Numbered from the stretch's first letter, positions 26,884-41,559 are shown. The stretch is 64,000 nt of DNA from Octopus bimaculoides (GCF_001194135.2 NC_068991.1:30376933-30440932); one strand, 5' to 3'. Notes: generated from the letters alone by a model not told the origin. Program-made: numbers and translations.

Positions 26884-26971
<88 letters not shown>

Positions 26972-27361
26972 ATTTAGTTTAGACTCTACTGATATATTCA
27001 AACAATTAGATCTAGACATTGCATTTAATACGAAAGTTAGTATTGGCAACTTTAGAATATTATCTTCAATCTAAATACTATTATATGTAACCATTGTGGT
27101 AAACAGAACTTATTTACAAAATCGTAAATTCTTCCTAAATTTAAAGAAACATTATTTGTCAACAATATTAGTAAAATCATTTCCAGCAGATTCTCATGTA
27201 AAACTTTAGTTTAACCATGACGCGTATTATCATAATGGCGAATTAAAAAGACAAATGCTTGGAAGACAAATTTTATTTCGTAAACTATCATACATAAACG
27301 TAAGAGTAGGGGAAATATTATGGCATAATCTATCTATTGTTTAAATGGCCAAACTAAATTC

Positions 27362-27560
27362 GTTTCAAATTTTAGGGAGAAGGCCAATAATTTCGGTGGA
27401 GAGGGTAAGTCGACCACATCGACCCCAGTACTCGGCTGGTACTTATTTCATCGACCCCGAAGGGATATAAGGCAAAGTCAACCCTGGTGGAATTTGAACT
27501 CAGAAGGTAAATGCTGCGGAGCATTTTGCCCGGCGTGCTAATGCTTCTGCCAGCTCGCCA
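27362..27560 (-). mobile_element. SINE family C
   Basis: Same consensus, ending gcattttgcccggcgtgctaa..tctgccagctcgcc. Confidence 0.85.
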
Positions 27561-27956
27561 TTTTAGAATGACGGAAATAATATTGCAAGTGACTCTCTAA
27601 ATTTAGATACTTTCCTTAAGACTTAAATATCATAGCATCTCTAAACTGCACGGCACCCACAGCACAAATAAGTAGAAATTTTACTTATATAGCTAGATCA
27701 AATACATCAGCATTGAGTAATGTTATATACCCATTTCTGGTTTTTTTAATGGTTAGTGTTTTCCAAAGGTTTTAATTCAAACTTCTCTGTTGTTATATTG
27801 AGATGAGTGAGAATTCATGTAAAACAGTATACTTCCAGCGTAGTGATGATTTTGAAAACCATAAAGGTGCTTTGACAGAGCCCCTTCCAGATGTTTTCAG
27901 CATTTAAAAGCCAGCGACGTCATTGAGTTATTACCTTCCAATATATATATATTGTT

Positions 27957-27993
<37 letters not shown>

Positions 27994-28480
27994 ACAGAGA
28001 GAGAGAGAGATATATATAGCTGTGTGATTAAGAAGTTCACTTGGCTACCATGTGGTTTTAGCTTCCCCACATAAGGTACGTAATAACAGTATTCTCCCAT
28101 GTATCATTGCAAATATAGAAAGATATAATTTTATTTTGGCGTATATGAAAAATAAAAAAAAGTGTTTTAATGTGTATAAGTTTTTATGGATATAAATGTT
28201 GCTCCAGCATGGCAAAAATCAAATGACTGNNNNNNNNNNNNNNNNNNNNNNNNNNNNNNNNNNNNNNNNNNNNNNNNNNNNNNNNNNNNNNNNNNNNNNN
28301 NNNNNNNNNNNNNNNNNNNNNNNNNNNNNNNNNNNNNNNNNNNNNNNNNNNNNNNNNNNNNNNNNNNNNNNNNNNNNNNNNNNNNNNNNNNNNNNNNNNN
28401 NNNNNNNNNNNNNNNNNNNNNNNNNNNNNNNNNNNNNNNNNNNNNNNNNNNNNNNNNNNNNNNNNNNNNNNNNNNNNNNN

Positions 28481-28513
<33 letters not shown>

Positions 28514-29125
28514 TGCCAGAGATATGACAATAGAAACAATGTAAGTACTTTGAGTTCCATTATTGATGTGAATATGTTAAAGCAGTGGTGGTATCATTTA
28601 TATTTGAAGTTTATGAAGTCATTTGACAAGAATTTCTTTCAAATGACGCAATGTTTTCATTAATCAATTAAAGGAGTCGCTTGAAACGGCTGTAATGAAT
28701 TAACACCTGTACATCTTCGTTACTCATTTATGTATATATATATTGCAAGAAATGTTTTGAAACATATCTTGCATACATTAAGTTTATAAATGTATTAGAT
28801 AATAATATATTTAATATTTGTTTGGTTCTCTCTTAAAATACGAATAAGACATCACTGTAACGAATGAGATATCATTGTTCCTTTAAATTCGAGTGAATAA
28901 AGCCCTATTATATTGTTTTGCTATAATAATCGAGCGAAAGTTTGCAACTTGAAACTCAGCACAATATACATACAAATAAAATACACAAGCATGTATACAT
29001 GCTTTAGCTCTTATTTAAATCGATATACATACAAAAACTCACATGTGAGTATTTTGCTACGATTTTTACCAAATTTTGGTATAAATCTATAATACATATA
29101 TGTGTGTGTTTGTGTGTGTGAGTGT

Positions 29126-29182
<57 letters not shown>

Positions 29183-29292
29183 NNNNNNNNNNNNNNNNNN
29201 NNNNNNNNNNNNNNNNNNNNNNNNNNNNNNNNNNNNNNNNNNNNNNNNNNNNNNNNNNNNNNNNNNNNNNNNNNNNNNNNNNNNNNNNNNNN

Positions 29293-29335
<43 letters not shown>

Positions 29336-30719
29336 GTGTGTGTGTATGTGTGCGTGCATGCATGTGTGCATGTGTGGGCGTGGGTGAGAGAGAAAGAGTT
29401 TGCATTACTGAAAAGCAGATCTGTGATAAAGACAATGTGCATAATGTAATATAAGGATGACAAAAGACATAACCAATAAGACAAAAAGAACAAAATGCCG
29501 ATATTTAAGTGTTGTTAGATTGTTGTGTTGTATGCTGTTATCTAACGGGTAGTTCATTCTTCAACAATATCCTTCTTTTGTCCGCTCACTGATGGCACTA
29601 CCAACATCTTTTTACTGTTTCCTATCTTTATGCTTCACTTTTATTGCTGTTGTTGTCTTACATTTATTTGTACATTCGTTACGTTTGTTGTTGTTGTTCT
29701 TCTTCTTGTGTTCGGGAATGAGATTTGTTGCTGTTTTTACCTTTCATCTGATAGGGAGATATCAATGTTGACACATATATAATAACTTCCCCTAAACGTC
29801 GTCTAACGTAGAGATGTTAACAGCAATTGTGGTGATATATATGATGATAATAATTGTGGGAGAGATAATGGGCGGTTGGGTGGACACGGCGGTGGTGAAA
29901 TGACGATGACGATGATAATGAAGAAGAGAAGAAGCTGGATGTTGTTACTACTGCTACTACTGCAGCCGCTGCTGCTGCTGAAGATGGTGATGGGAAGGTG
30001 GATCATCATCAACTTCGTCATGATCATCATGACCTTCATCGTCATCGTTATTACCATGAGATTGAAATTATGTTACAAAACTTCGATGTGATGCCTGCAA
30101 AACTATTTGAGTGACGCATTAACATCCTCTCTGTGTGTCTGTGTTTCAGCGTATTTGCGAATCTATATTTATGCGAATATGCGTGTAGCAGTGCACGCGC
30201 GTAGAATAATGCGTATAGGCACGTAATTTGTATCTAAGAGAGGGCGTTTATGTGTCCATGTGCACAATGTGTATGTAGGTGTATGTGAGTGTAAGAATAT
30301 GTGTAATAACATTATGTGTGTATGTGTAATTAATGTACGGCTTTTCATTTATGCAAATTTGGTTAAACCATCTGCAGTAGATGTTAACAGAATCTCTTAA
30401 CCGATTTAATGTTGAAATGTTCTTATCCCTGACAGTGTTCTGGTTTCTATAAGAAAACGTATATTATCTTGTCTCTACGAAGTGGGGGAAAGAAAGAACG
30501 ATTAGTTTGGTTCAGTGTATCTGGGGATCAGAATTTCAGTAAACCAAGTTGTAATTTAATCCAAGATCAGTCCTGACCACAGCCTGTCCAGTTATGATTA
30601 TCCTATCGTTTATTGTCTAATGTGTCCCATGTCTATTTAAGATGATGCAGCTACGTCACATACAGACATCCAAGAAAATGGTCATCCGACTAATTTGCAT
30701 GAAGGTATGTGCCAGCATA

Positions 30720-30930
30720 TTGCAACAGTGTGTCTCCTATCTCCTCACTATCGTTCGTCTACCGCAACTCAGCCCTCTGCTTTAGTCATGTCACGTTCAC
30801 TCAGGCTCTTTCGATTCATTTCTTTTTCCTCCTCTTATCACTACTTGTGAATCCACTCTCACCCCAGGCCCCACACTAAAAATTTCTTACAGTCCTGTCT
30901 CATCAGAACGTCATCTCTCTGGTATTCGGT
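30720..30930 (-). mobile_element. Possible very decayed RTE-like LINE 3' fragment
   Basis: Only short mixed-frame pieces (DRTVRNF; DMTKAEG*VAVDER*) resembling RTE C-termini. Confidence 0.35.
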
Positions 30931-31008
30931 TATTGAAGAGTGACATTAACTGCGTCAGTCTCGCGGATATAATATAGAATCTCATTGGATAATATATAAC
31001 AGGATATA

Positions 31009-31467
<459 letters not shown>

Positions 31468-34269
31468 TTTGCTTATGACAATATTTTCATATATTTCCCA
31501 GTGTCCTTCGGTATTGAGACAGCAGGGCATGATTTCTGTGAGACTTGCCTTCTGTTTCTATGTTTATATATGTTTACATAGACTTCCTCTGACGATGGTA
31601 GATTCCCGTTTGTTTATTGAATTTGGGGTTATATTCATTTGAAAGAGTTTCTTTTTGTAATTTAATAAACATTGAAACAATATTTCAACATTATTTCGCT
31701 GCAGTCTCTTTAGAATAGGGTTTTAACAATTTCACCAATGCAGTCCTATGATTCGGCACCTATGGCAAAGTCAAGTATTGAAATATTTCGTAATAGTTCT
31801 GACTGTTGCGAAATTCGCATATATTGTTGCAGGTAAATTCAATAAACTATATTGTGGACACCCACATGACCATTTCGTTTTCATTTTATTTTATTTTTAT
31901 TTTTCGAATAGAGACTATCAAAATTAGATTAAATTATTTATTCTATCCTTCTGTTTTTAAAATGATAGGGTGATTTAGCTGATACTTTTAGAGACTGAAC
32001 TAACATGTAGGGGTTGCCTAGCTGTTTCCGGTGTAATGTGTTGTAGATGACCGTAAAACGGTTGAATGGTTATACCACTGACCAATGAATGATATATAAT
32101 ACACACTCAATGTTTCCGGAATAATACGTCCAACAACAGCGCATTTAACACTCAACGGTCCTTTGTTATGATTTAGTCAAGAGGCCAGAATAGGGTTAAT
32201 ACATTTGACAACTCGCCTGTGCAAGGACAGGAAAAGAATTTACGGACAATGTTTCTTTTTTTCTTCTTCTGATGGGTGAAGTGGTTCGAATTAGATGATC
32301 ACAGCAGTGTGTACAAAAAATGGATCTTCACTGAGACAGCACGTTAGTTTAGTCGAACAGAGACCACTGTAGTAGGAATGGAATAGACATATCACTTCAG
32401 TAGATCCTTGGTGGCATTTCGATAGTTATAGTGATAGTTATAGACAGTGATAGTTACACTATAACTTAAATCCAGAATAAACTTAGTAAAGACATAGTAC
32501 ATCTGTGGGCCAGTCATAGTATTTCGATAGTTAGCACTATAACTTAGATTTATCTGAAATATATCATAGATTTCACAAGTAAATCATATTAGTTGCAGTG
32601 AGCACTTTATCTTCTACTGTAGATGAGAGAGATAAGAACTGAGCTTGGTTATCCTTGATACACTACTGAAACGAAATATAAACTGGAGCTCTTAGAGTCC
32701 AAGGCTTTTGGGAGTTCACTCTAAAGAAAATGGCCCTTACATAGATACTCACATACTTTCTTTATGTAGTTATATTCGAATTACACTGTCTCCTTTTATC
32801 TATTTCACACAAACATTGGTCCTAGTTCCAGCTAGTATCTAATTAGTTATGGAGCACGCTCTGTGAATAAATGCCTTTATTATACGAATTAAGATGTACA
32901 ATATAAAATTCGTGTGTATATCTGGTCACCGTACATGCATACATATATACATATGCACATATACATTAGTGCATATATATTAATATGTACGTGTATACAT
33001 ACATACACACACATATATATAGGTATACTAGACATGAAAATATATACAAACACATGTATCGCACATACACATACATACGCGCATACACATATACATATAT
33101 GTACAAGTAGTAGCCATCCTAGCAACAACAATAGTGTTATTAATGGTTGTGGCAACTTAAACTTTATCAATTCCGATAACATACAAAACGATTCTAATAT
33201 AAATGATGACTGTGTACCTATTAATAATCCTGGTAACTGTATTAACCATCACATTTGCAATGGTAGTACTCTTACTAATAATACCAGCCCCGTCGACACT
33301 TACGTAACCCTGGATAATACGAGTAATTCTATTTGGGTCTAACAATTATTATCTCTTACTGCGATCTTCGAATAACACTGGAGGTACTAATGTTCATAAA
33401 TCTCCTAGATTATGAAATTTTGAAAATAAAATTCTTTCCCTTCTCAATAATTTGTCATACTAAAAATATTATCTATAGATCTAATTTAATAACTAATATA
33501 AAATAAGGATTGCACCATTCAAATGATTGGTACGGGTGTAGACTTTGCTGCGCTGAATTATGGGAAATACTTAAGTGTTCAGGAAATATTTAAGTGTTCC
33601 TTAATAAATCTAGTGAACTTCGGGTAAAATGCTCGCGTTACATTAGGAACACATTTTCATATCTTAGACCTGTTATTTAATATTCTTCGAATACTTACTA
33701 CTTATCTCTAGCTTCTGCCAGATTATGTAATTTAGGCCTTCCATGGCCTTGATCGGCGATCTTAGCAGACATTTCTCGCCTGCCACCGATATAAACACGA
33801 GTGTTTTTTACGCACCAGAAGACGTCCTCTCATGGTAAATAACGCAGTATTCTGTGTTCTATCGCAACAACCTCTTCACGTCGGTGATAAATATTAACTT
33901 TTGGTATTAATACTGCATCTGTCATTAAGCTGTCATAAAAGTAACATGGATCAAAAATTCCTTAAGGAAACCCGAGATTGCATGATTAGCGAAACGCGAA
34001 ACCGGTAGACTATCATAATATTCTATCCTTTAAAATATATTAAGAATAAATAGTGTGCATTTTCTTTCTTTTTTTATATACTTTTTTACTACAACTCACC
34101 GCGTGGGGAAAATCTCTTCAACAAATATATTGTAATATATTGAAATATAAAGAAGGAAAACTAATCGAGAAATACCTGTGCATGTATATCTACATACCTA
34201 TTCGAATATATATAGAATACATTAGAGTGTATACACACGCACCACGCATATGCATATAATATTTATATC

Positions 34270-34429
34270 ATGTGTGGTACGAAGTATGTTTCTCAACCAT
34301 CTGGTTCCGAGTTCAGACTCATTGCGTGGCATCTTAGGTAAGTGCCTTCTACTATATTCTCGAGCCGACCAAGTCCTTGTCAGTGGGTTTGGTAGATGGA
34401 AACTGAAAGAAGCCCGTCGTAAATATGTT

Positions 34430-34477
<48 letters not shown>

Positions 34478-34485
34478 TGTGTGTG
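34270..34485 (+). mobile_element. SINE family A, 5' half running into an assembly gap
   Basis: ccgagttcagac..gcgtggcatcttaggtaagtg..ggtagatggaaactgaaagaagcccgtcgta, then (GT)n and Ns. Confidence 0.8.
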
Positions 34486-35290
34486 NNNNNNNNNNNNNNN
34501 NNNNNNNNNNNNNNNNNNNNNNNNNNNNNNNNNNNNNNNNNNNNNNNNNNNNNNNNNNNNNNNNNNNNNNNNNNNNNNNNNNNNNNNNNNNNNNNNNNNN
34601 NNNNNNNNNNNNNNNNNNNNNNNNNNNNNNNNNNNNNNNNNNNNNNNNNNNNNNNNNNNNNNNNNNNNNNNNNNNNNNNNNNNNNNNNNNNNNNNNNNNN
34701 NNNNNNNNNNNNNNNNNNNNNNNNNNNNNNNNNNNNNNNNNNNNNNNNNNNNNNNNNNNNNNNNNNNNNNNNNNNNNNNNNNNNNNNNNNNNNNNNNNNN
34801 NNNNNNNNNNNNNNNNNNNNNNNNNNNNNNNNNNNNNNNNNNNNNNNNNNNNNNNNNNNNNNNNNNNNNNNNNNNNNNNNNNNNNNNNNNNNNNNNNNNN
34901 NNNNNNNNNNNNNNNNNNNNNNNNNNNNNNNNNNNNNNNNNNNNNNNNNNNNNNNNNNNNNNNNNNNNNNNNNNNNNNNNNNNNNNNNNNNNNNNNNNNN
35001 NNNNNNNNNNNNNNNNNNNNNNNNNNNNNNNNNNNNNNNNNNNNNNNNNNNNNNATATATATATATATATATATAACAGATACTTTGCTTAGGAAATTTT
35101 GAAATGTTGGTGTAATGCACAAAAGCAATAAAGGAAAATTGAAAAACGGTGGAATAACATTTAACATGACACCACACGTGTATACTTACACACATACATA
35201 AACATATACATACACATACACACATATCCTCATGCATACATGTACATACTTACGTACATTCATACATATATACATACATACATACATACA

Positions 35291-35324
<34 letters not shown>

Positions 35325-35770
35325 ATCTATGACGACCACCCTAGCTGTTATAATTCAAAACGTATCTCGATTTAACTTCTCATACTTCTCAAGAACATAC
35401 TTGAAATTTTAGATTACGCCAAGTCTGAGTGTCAGAAGAATTTAGAACAGAGTCGTGAAGAGAAGGAATTTTCTTCATGTTTTTGGTATTTTTGATTCTT
35501 TGTTTCGCTTTTCGCTTTGCGTCTGTATTGTTTGGGTTTTTTAATTTCTCTGGCTGGTCTATCTTTAGACAGTGTTTATGTACGTATATATATATATTTA
35601 TATATTATTTAAATGTATATAGGTGTTTATGCACATATAATGATACATGTATTATATAAATGTATATAAATGTATGTTAGGAAGTGTTTACGTATGTATA
35701 TTCGCATATGCATGCATGTATGCTTATATATTTTTATACACACACCACACACACACAGGCACACACACAC

Positions 35771-35833
<63 letters not shown>

Positions 35834-36329
35834 TATATAATGGGGGGCAAGGTTCTCGATATCGGTTGAATATCGCCTTCTCCCATTAATTTCTTATTCT
35901 TCGTGTTGCTTAAGGCTCCAGCAGTCGAGTAAAGAAGTATTAGGCAAAACGCAGGTTCTCCATTAGTTTTATTTACAATATATACAAGGGTGTCGTACGT
36001 TGCTCTCTGCAGCCATCTCATGCGGTGTGAATTCGTCGTTCTCCGTTACGCGGGCCCATTGCCTCAGGAGATACGACAAGCGGACTAGCCTAGAAATCCA
36101 GCCAGTGAAGTGTGCTCTACCAGCGGTCGCAGGGAAAAGAGAGGTCGAATCTGGTTGCTTGGCTGTTTTATCCAGTTTGCCATTGCGAGCCATCGTGATC
36201 TCGCGCATGGTAAATGGATGCAGTTGAGATCCCGCTCCAGTCTCGGAGATGGCAATGGCTACCGCGAGATCTCATCCAACATGGTGCTGACTGCTTGTGC
36301 CGCTACACACATATATATATATATATATA

Positions 36330-36602
36330 TCTTTTATTTCTTGTTTCAGTCTTTAAACTGTGGTCATGCTGGGGTATTTTTAGTCGAATGAATCAATTCC
36401 AGTAATTAATTTTTTTGCTAAGCCTGGCACTTATCCTATCGTACTCTTTTGCCGAACCGCTAAGTTACGGACACGTAAACACACCAACACCGGTTGTCAA
36501 GTTGTACTGGGGGGGTGCACAGACACAAGGACACACACACACACACATACATACATACATACATACATACATACATACATACATACATACATACATACAT
36601 AC

Positions 36603-36651
<49 letters not shown>

Positions 36652-36785
36652 TACATACGACAGGCCTCTTTCAGTTTCTGTTTCCTCTCCCAATTCCAGC
36701 CACAAAGTTTTGGTCTGTCCGAAGCTATAGCAGAAGATACTTGCCGAAGGTGCCACGCTGTGGGACTGAACCTGGAACCATGTGT
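36330..36785 (-). mobile_element. SINE family A copy (head truncated)
   Basis: Same two halves flanking a (CA)/(CATA)/(TA) run. Confidence 0.85.
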
Positions 36786-37214
36786 GTGTTTGTGTATGTG
36801 TGTGTGTATGTGTGTGTGTGTGTGTGCGTGTGTATGTGTGTGTGTGTAAAACCGTTTATTTGTATAAGAATGAATATCTGTATTCACATGTGTACTATCT
36901 GTGCACTTAGAAATGTGTATACATATGTATATATACGATTATCTCTAGATTTGTATAGACGCACACATTTATGTTCATACATCCACACACATATATGTGC
37001 ACCCACATACGCACAAACACGTTATTACTAGTGCCCATGCTTCCAATTAAGCCTCTTCTAGGAACATATTGTTAGGCAGTTATGTTCATTAGAAATCTTG
37101 ATAAATAAGGGTGCGGTTACCACATTAAACAGTTATATACTTTCGTGTATGTCTTGGTATTGTTGGACCATACAGCATCTTGTTTCTATTTCAATTACTT
37201 GTTACTATTATAAT

Positions 37215-38290
37215 TTCATACCAATGAGGAGGAATGATTTTTATCTGAAGTCTTTCAGTATTATGTCTGGCCTATTCGCATCTATCTTTCTGTCAGTTTG
37301 AATTGTGAAGTTCCAGAGGAGTGAGATGTGATCGTTTTCAAGCACTGGAGGTGGTTTGTGTTCCCACCAGTTTTTATCATGGGGCAGGTTGAGGTTTTTG
37401 CAAAGTACCTAGTGAATATATTGTGCTGCTCTATCATGCCAGTTGAGATACTCTGCAGCCGCAAGAAGACTGCACATGGAGACATGATCAATGGTTTCAT
37501 TTTGTTGTTGACATACACGACATGTTGGGAAGCTGCCGTTCTTTAATATGTTGGCCAGGTAGTTCCTTGTAGGTAGACATTGATCTTCGGCTGCTATGAT
37601 AAACTCTTCTGTTTCTGATTTTCAGCCAGAAGTCATTAACCATTGATGAGTAAGGGCTTTGTCAACATCGGCACTATTAGCTCTTTTTGAGTATTTGCCA
37701 TTCAGAGGTTATTCTTGCCATTTATCAGTAAGAATATCTAAGGCAGCAGATTAGCACGGGTTTTCATACTCTTAGCTTTTTCTGTGCTTGTTTCTGGTAC
37801 GTTTAATTCTGGAATTTGTTGTATTTGGAATTCACTTAGATATTCCTTTGCCTGGTTTGTTACTGAGTACGATGCTTTCTTGTTTTCTTGCTTTGAAACA
37901 AGTTTTAACATCCAGTCATCAGAGTTTTTCAGGTCGGTCTTGAGGCCAATTGTGGCAATCTTCATTGTTAATTCCAGTTGTAAAATCCACGGCTACCTTC
38001 TTTTCTTGGCAGGTAAATGCATTCTATGCATTGTCAACAATTTTCGTATTTTTTTTTGTCAAGGTTACATATTTCAGTAATTGACCAGTTAATGATGTTG
38101 AATCTGTAAGTCACGACCGGTATGACTAAAGTATTGGTCGCTTCGATCCTATTTCTTGCATTCATCTCTGTCTTGAGTATTGTCCTTACCCTACGATAAC
38201 ATTTTCTTCTGATCCATTCCCTCATCACTGAATGTTTGATTCCGCCCCCTTCAAATACCCCTAAGTACTCGAAAACAATAAATTTGTTCC
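37215..38290 (-). mobile_element. R4/Dong-like non-LTR retrotransposon with restriction-like endonuclease, 5'-truncated and decayed
   Basis: Minus strand reads FEYLGVFE..RRVRTILKTEMNARNRIEATNTLVIPVVTY (RT thumb); KSETEEFIIAAEDQCLPTRNY; CRVCQQQNETIDHVSMC (CCHC); WHDRAAQYIH; IQTDRKIDANRPDIILKD (PD-(D/E)xK nuclease). Confidence 0.85.
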
Positions 38291-38344
38291 TTTCCCAAAA
38301 ATGAAGGTTTTTCAAATGTCTACAAAAACCACAGAAGTCACTCA

Positions 38345-38834
38345 CTTTGTATCACCCAACCAGAAATGAATTACCCCTAGAAAGATGACTAAAAATTATA
38401 ACTTCTCACATGAACATTCAGAACAAATTTTATCACCCAATAGGTTCCGCATTTGAAGTGAAGATTTCGAACAAAGCCCAAACAGTAGTCAGGAATCTAA
38501 TGAGAAAAAACTCTGAAAACCACTTGCCCGAGAAAAACCATCACTCTAGGGAATAAGTCGGTCATAAATTTATCTAAACTAAAACTTTCGCCCGACGATG
38601 TCTCAATCTTAGAGCTTGGACTGAGCATTTTCCCAAGTACTAAGAATTTCGGCAAGAATGAACTAGCTCAAGGGCTATTTCAGTTTGTCCGCCGTCACAA
38701 GCTGAAAGAATATTTTTTTGAAAAAATTGGCAACGAGGAGTCAGAAAACCCTATGCTTACTGAAAATAAAAAGGATGATGATCGAATCTGGCATAATTGG
38801 ATTGAAAAGAATCCCAATTGGTATCCAGATAAAT
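38345..38834 (+). mobile_element. Penelope-like element N-terminal ORF fragment
   Basis: From 38561: VINLSKLKLSPDDVSILELGLSIFPSTKNFGKNELAQGLFQFVRRHKLKEYFF, matching the recalled PLE pattern V.NLS...L...E...L.KGL.F.P...F.R...L..FF. Cut at the Tx1 junction. Confidence 0.7.
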
Positions 38835-39552
38835 TGTGCGCAGAGCGACAAAACCGTTCTGCACGCACTCGTCCAGTGTCCTTGCATTACTGATTTGTGG
38901 AGTTATGTTGAACAGCTGTTATCACGTGTAGGACGGATCCGGCAATCGGCCGATTCGATAGTGAAGATCTATCCGCCGCCTTCCATTGGTCCAGAAGAGC
39001 AGGCTATTTTCCTGCCTGAGAGCAGTAGCGAAAGAGATTGCATGGTGGACTAGGTTGAAAGGACTGAAGACTGACACTTTTCTCTTCGGCCAATTCCTCA
39101 TCAACTTTTTCAGATTTCACTTGTAAAAGAAGATGAGGGGGAAGAGAGAAGTGCTACCTTCCATTACATTTGCTAAAAGGTGGGTGAATGTAGCGAAAAT
39201 ATCACGTTTGTGTGTGGACCTACTCTAGTAATGCGCCTGTAGGTTAGTAAATTTGAGAGGGAGAAGGGTGCCCTTCCCAGATGCCCTCGAAGTGTCGAAT
39301 GGTCCAGGATTGGTGGGGTACCTGAGCCAACTCCAGATGGCTACCCCCATACCACCACCACTACTGGAGAACTTTCATTGTTATATTCTTTTTGTTTGAT
39401 ATTATTGTTATTGTTTTAATTGTATACTCGTTGTTTTGTGTAAAATCCCCGCTGTCCTTGTCTACTGTATTTATCCCCTATATATCGGCCCTGGTGGCCA
39501 ATAAAGGAAATAATAATAATAATTATTATTATTATTATTGTTATTATTATTA
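38835..39552 (+). mobile_element. Tx1/L1-like LINE 3' end (ORF2 C-terminal knuckle, 3'UTR, polyA signal, AAT/TAT tail), 5'-truncated
   Basis: CAQSDKTVLHALVQCP (half of a CCHC knuckle); AVAKEIAWWTRLKGLKTDTFLFGQFLINFFRFHL*KKMRGKREVL..FAKRWVNVAK. GT-rich 3'UTR, AATAAA near 39500, then (AAT)n(TAT)n. Confidence 0.8.
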
Positions 39553-39740
39553 TCGCCTAGCTGGAGGTGTGATTTTGGAGCGCTGTAAGTTTATGTTTAA
39601 TTCACTTGTTTTAAAATGTTCTATACTGTATTTTGTTAGTTAAATCGTTTTGCAAGCTAGCTGTCCTTCTGGGGGTGATACAAACCTTTTTGTTTTCAAA
39701 TTCCTTTCAAAATTTGCTTCGAAGAAAGTAAACATTGAAG

Positions 39741-41559
39741 ATGGCGACGAAAAGCTGGAGTGAGGAAAGAAGGTGGTACGGCAATTTGCATGAGGACTTC
39801 CCTGTCCTCCCCACCACGATTGGCAGTAGACAGCAGGAAGAAAAGAAAGAAAGAAAGAAAGAGAGAAAGAAAGGAAGAAAGAAAGAAATAAAGAAAGAAA
39901 GAAAGAAAGAAGAAGAAGAAGAAGAAGAAGAAGAAGAAGAAGAAGAAGAAGAAGAAGAGAGGCAAAAAGAGGAAAAGCAGAAAGAAGACGAGAGGAAGGA
40001 AGGAGTAAAATCTTCCTCACTACATGAAAATCGTAGTTGTACGCAAGACAATATTGAAAACAACTGCGACGAAGAATCTAACAAAAGTGGAGTTAGCTGT
40101 AGGCAGTTAGCTAAGGAATTGGTTAACATCTCATTGGAGAACAAGATAGAGAAACTAAATAAGACGGCAAAATATATAAAAATGAATGGAAGGCGAGCTG
40201 AATTAACGCTTCCAAACGACGTGTTAGAAGCAACAGCCAAAGGGACCGTTGTATGCAGGTGCATGAACACAAAGACAAGGAAACTCGAAAATGCTAAATC
40301 CGACCAGGTGGAAAAAGCCTTGAAAGACATGGCAAGATATCCACCACATTGCAAGAACGAGGCAGTACGGCGAAGTAGAGGTCCTTTTTAAGACCGAGGA
40401 GCAGGCGATACAGAACTCGGTGACCACGCATCGCACCGAGGAAATCACTTTCTTCCCAACGTACATGGGAAGAACGGCGGTACGAATGATGGTACCTGGA
40501 ATACCACAAGGATTGGATTTAAGATGGTTTCTCGCCTGTGTTTGTACGAACGGCGGGCAAAATCTCATGGATGTTAAAAGATCGACGAGGAAGAATTGGG
40601 TTGGGACTACCTTGGAGGTTCTTCTCCACGTGAAGCCAAAGCAATTAGACAAAGTCCTAGACCTGATTTCGCTCTCGAATTGAATAGAACTAAGGGTGAA
40701 CGTGGAGGGCAGAAGGCCGAGGTGCCACGATTGTGGTTCAACGGCCCACTTACGGCTTCATTGCTCACAGAACCAGAAGAAAAGGGCAGAAAGAAATGTC
40801 CAAATGAAAGCACCACAAACCATGAGTCGACAAAACAACAAGAACAACAACGACGACAACAGAAAGGCAGGGAGAATAGAAACAGAAATTGAACCCAAAG
40901 ATACAAAACAGGCAGGTGTTACAGAAAAGGTGACAATTGGAGTAGCACCAGCAGCAGAGGTGGAAGCTACAGTAGCAGGAGCAATAATAGCAACAACAAC
41001 AACGACAAGAGAACCAGAACAAATAACACTAGAAGAAAACATACAAGACACGGTCTCCTCCACGTATCCAAGTGATGATGAGGGGAAAGCGCAAAATGCA
41101 AAAAAAAAGAGAGAGACACAGAAAAACGGAAGAAATCCAAGAAACAGCAAACACAGACACACCGATGACAACGCCAACATTATAAACACCACAAACACCA
41201 AGACCATCACAAACATCCACAACACATTCAAAGACACAACAAACTTAAAAAAAAAACTGTCACTACAACAACAACAACAACAACAATCAGCCGCACAGCA
41301 GCGGAAATTAGTGCTAGTGACGAGGGCTAATGAAAAGCTGATAGCCCTCATAGCACAAAACGAGAACACTGAGACAGAGGGGATGATCTGCAGCTCCAAC
41401 ACATTTAGAGTACCGGGGAGCCTAATGACGGTGCGAATGATATTAGAGACTTATACGAGCATTAAGCGGAGCTTTCTGTGTAACGGCCAGCAGATGGCTG
41501 TTAAGGGGGTTTCCGAAACAGACAGGGTGGGAGAACCACTTGACCGTAAACAGCACTAG
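39741..41559 (+). pseudogene. Tx1-like ORF1 (gag-like RNA-binding protein with zinc knuckle), one frameshift and one internal stop
   Basis: ATG at 39741 (MATKSW...). Frameshift near 40320-40335 into WQDIHHIARTRQYGEVEVLFKTEEQA (RRM-like by recall). TGA at 40681-40683. C-X2-C-X4-H-X4-C knuckle near 40720. Long low-complexity C-terminus ending TAG at 41559. Confidence 0.8.

Noticed and set aside
30870-30915. CTGATGAG...GAAA on the minus strand as a hammerhead
   Set aside because: Stem II would close with a G-A mismatch and a 2-nt loop, there is no stem III or NUH, and it lies within a probable LINE relic.
32160-32200. AGGG-TTAA as a piggyBac end
   Set aside because: I found no matching TTAA-CCCT left end or transposase sequence nearby.
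32914-33342. 142-aa Asn-rich ORF
   Set aside because: The first half is CA/TA microsatellite and the second half is decayed AAT/AAC-type trinucleotide sequence, with no domain motif.
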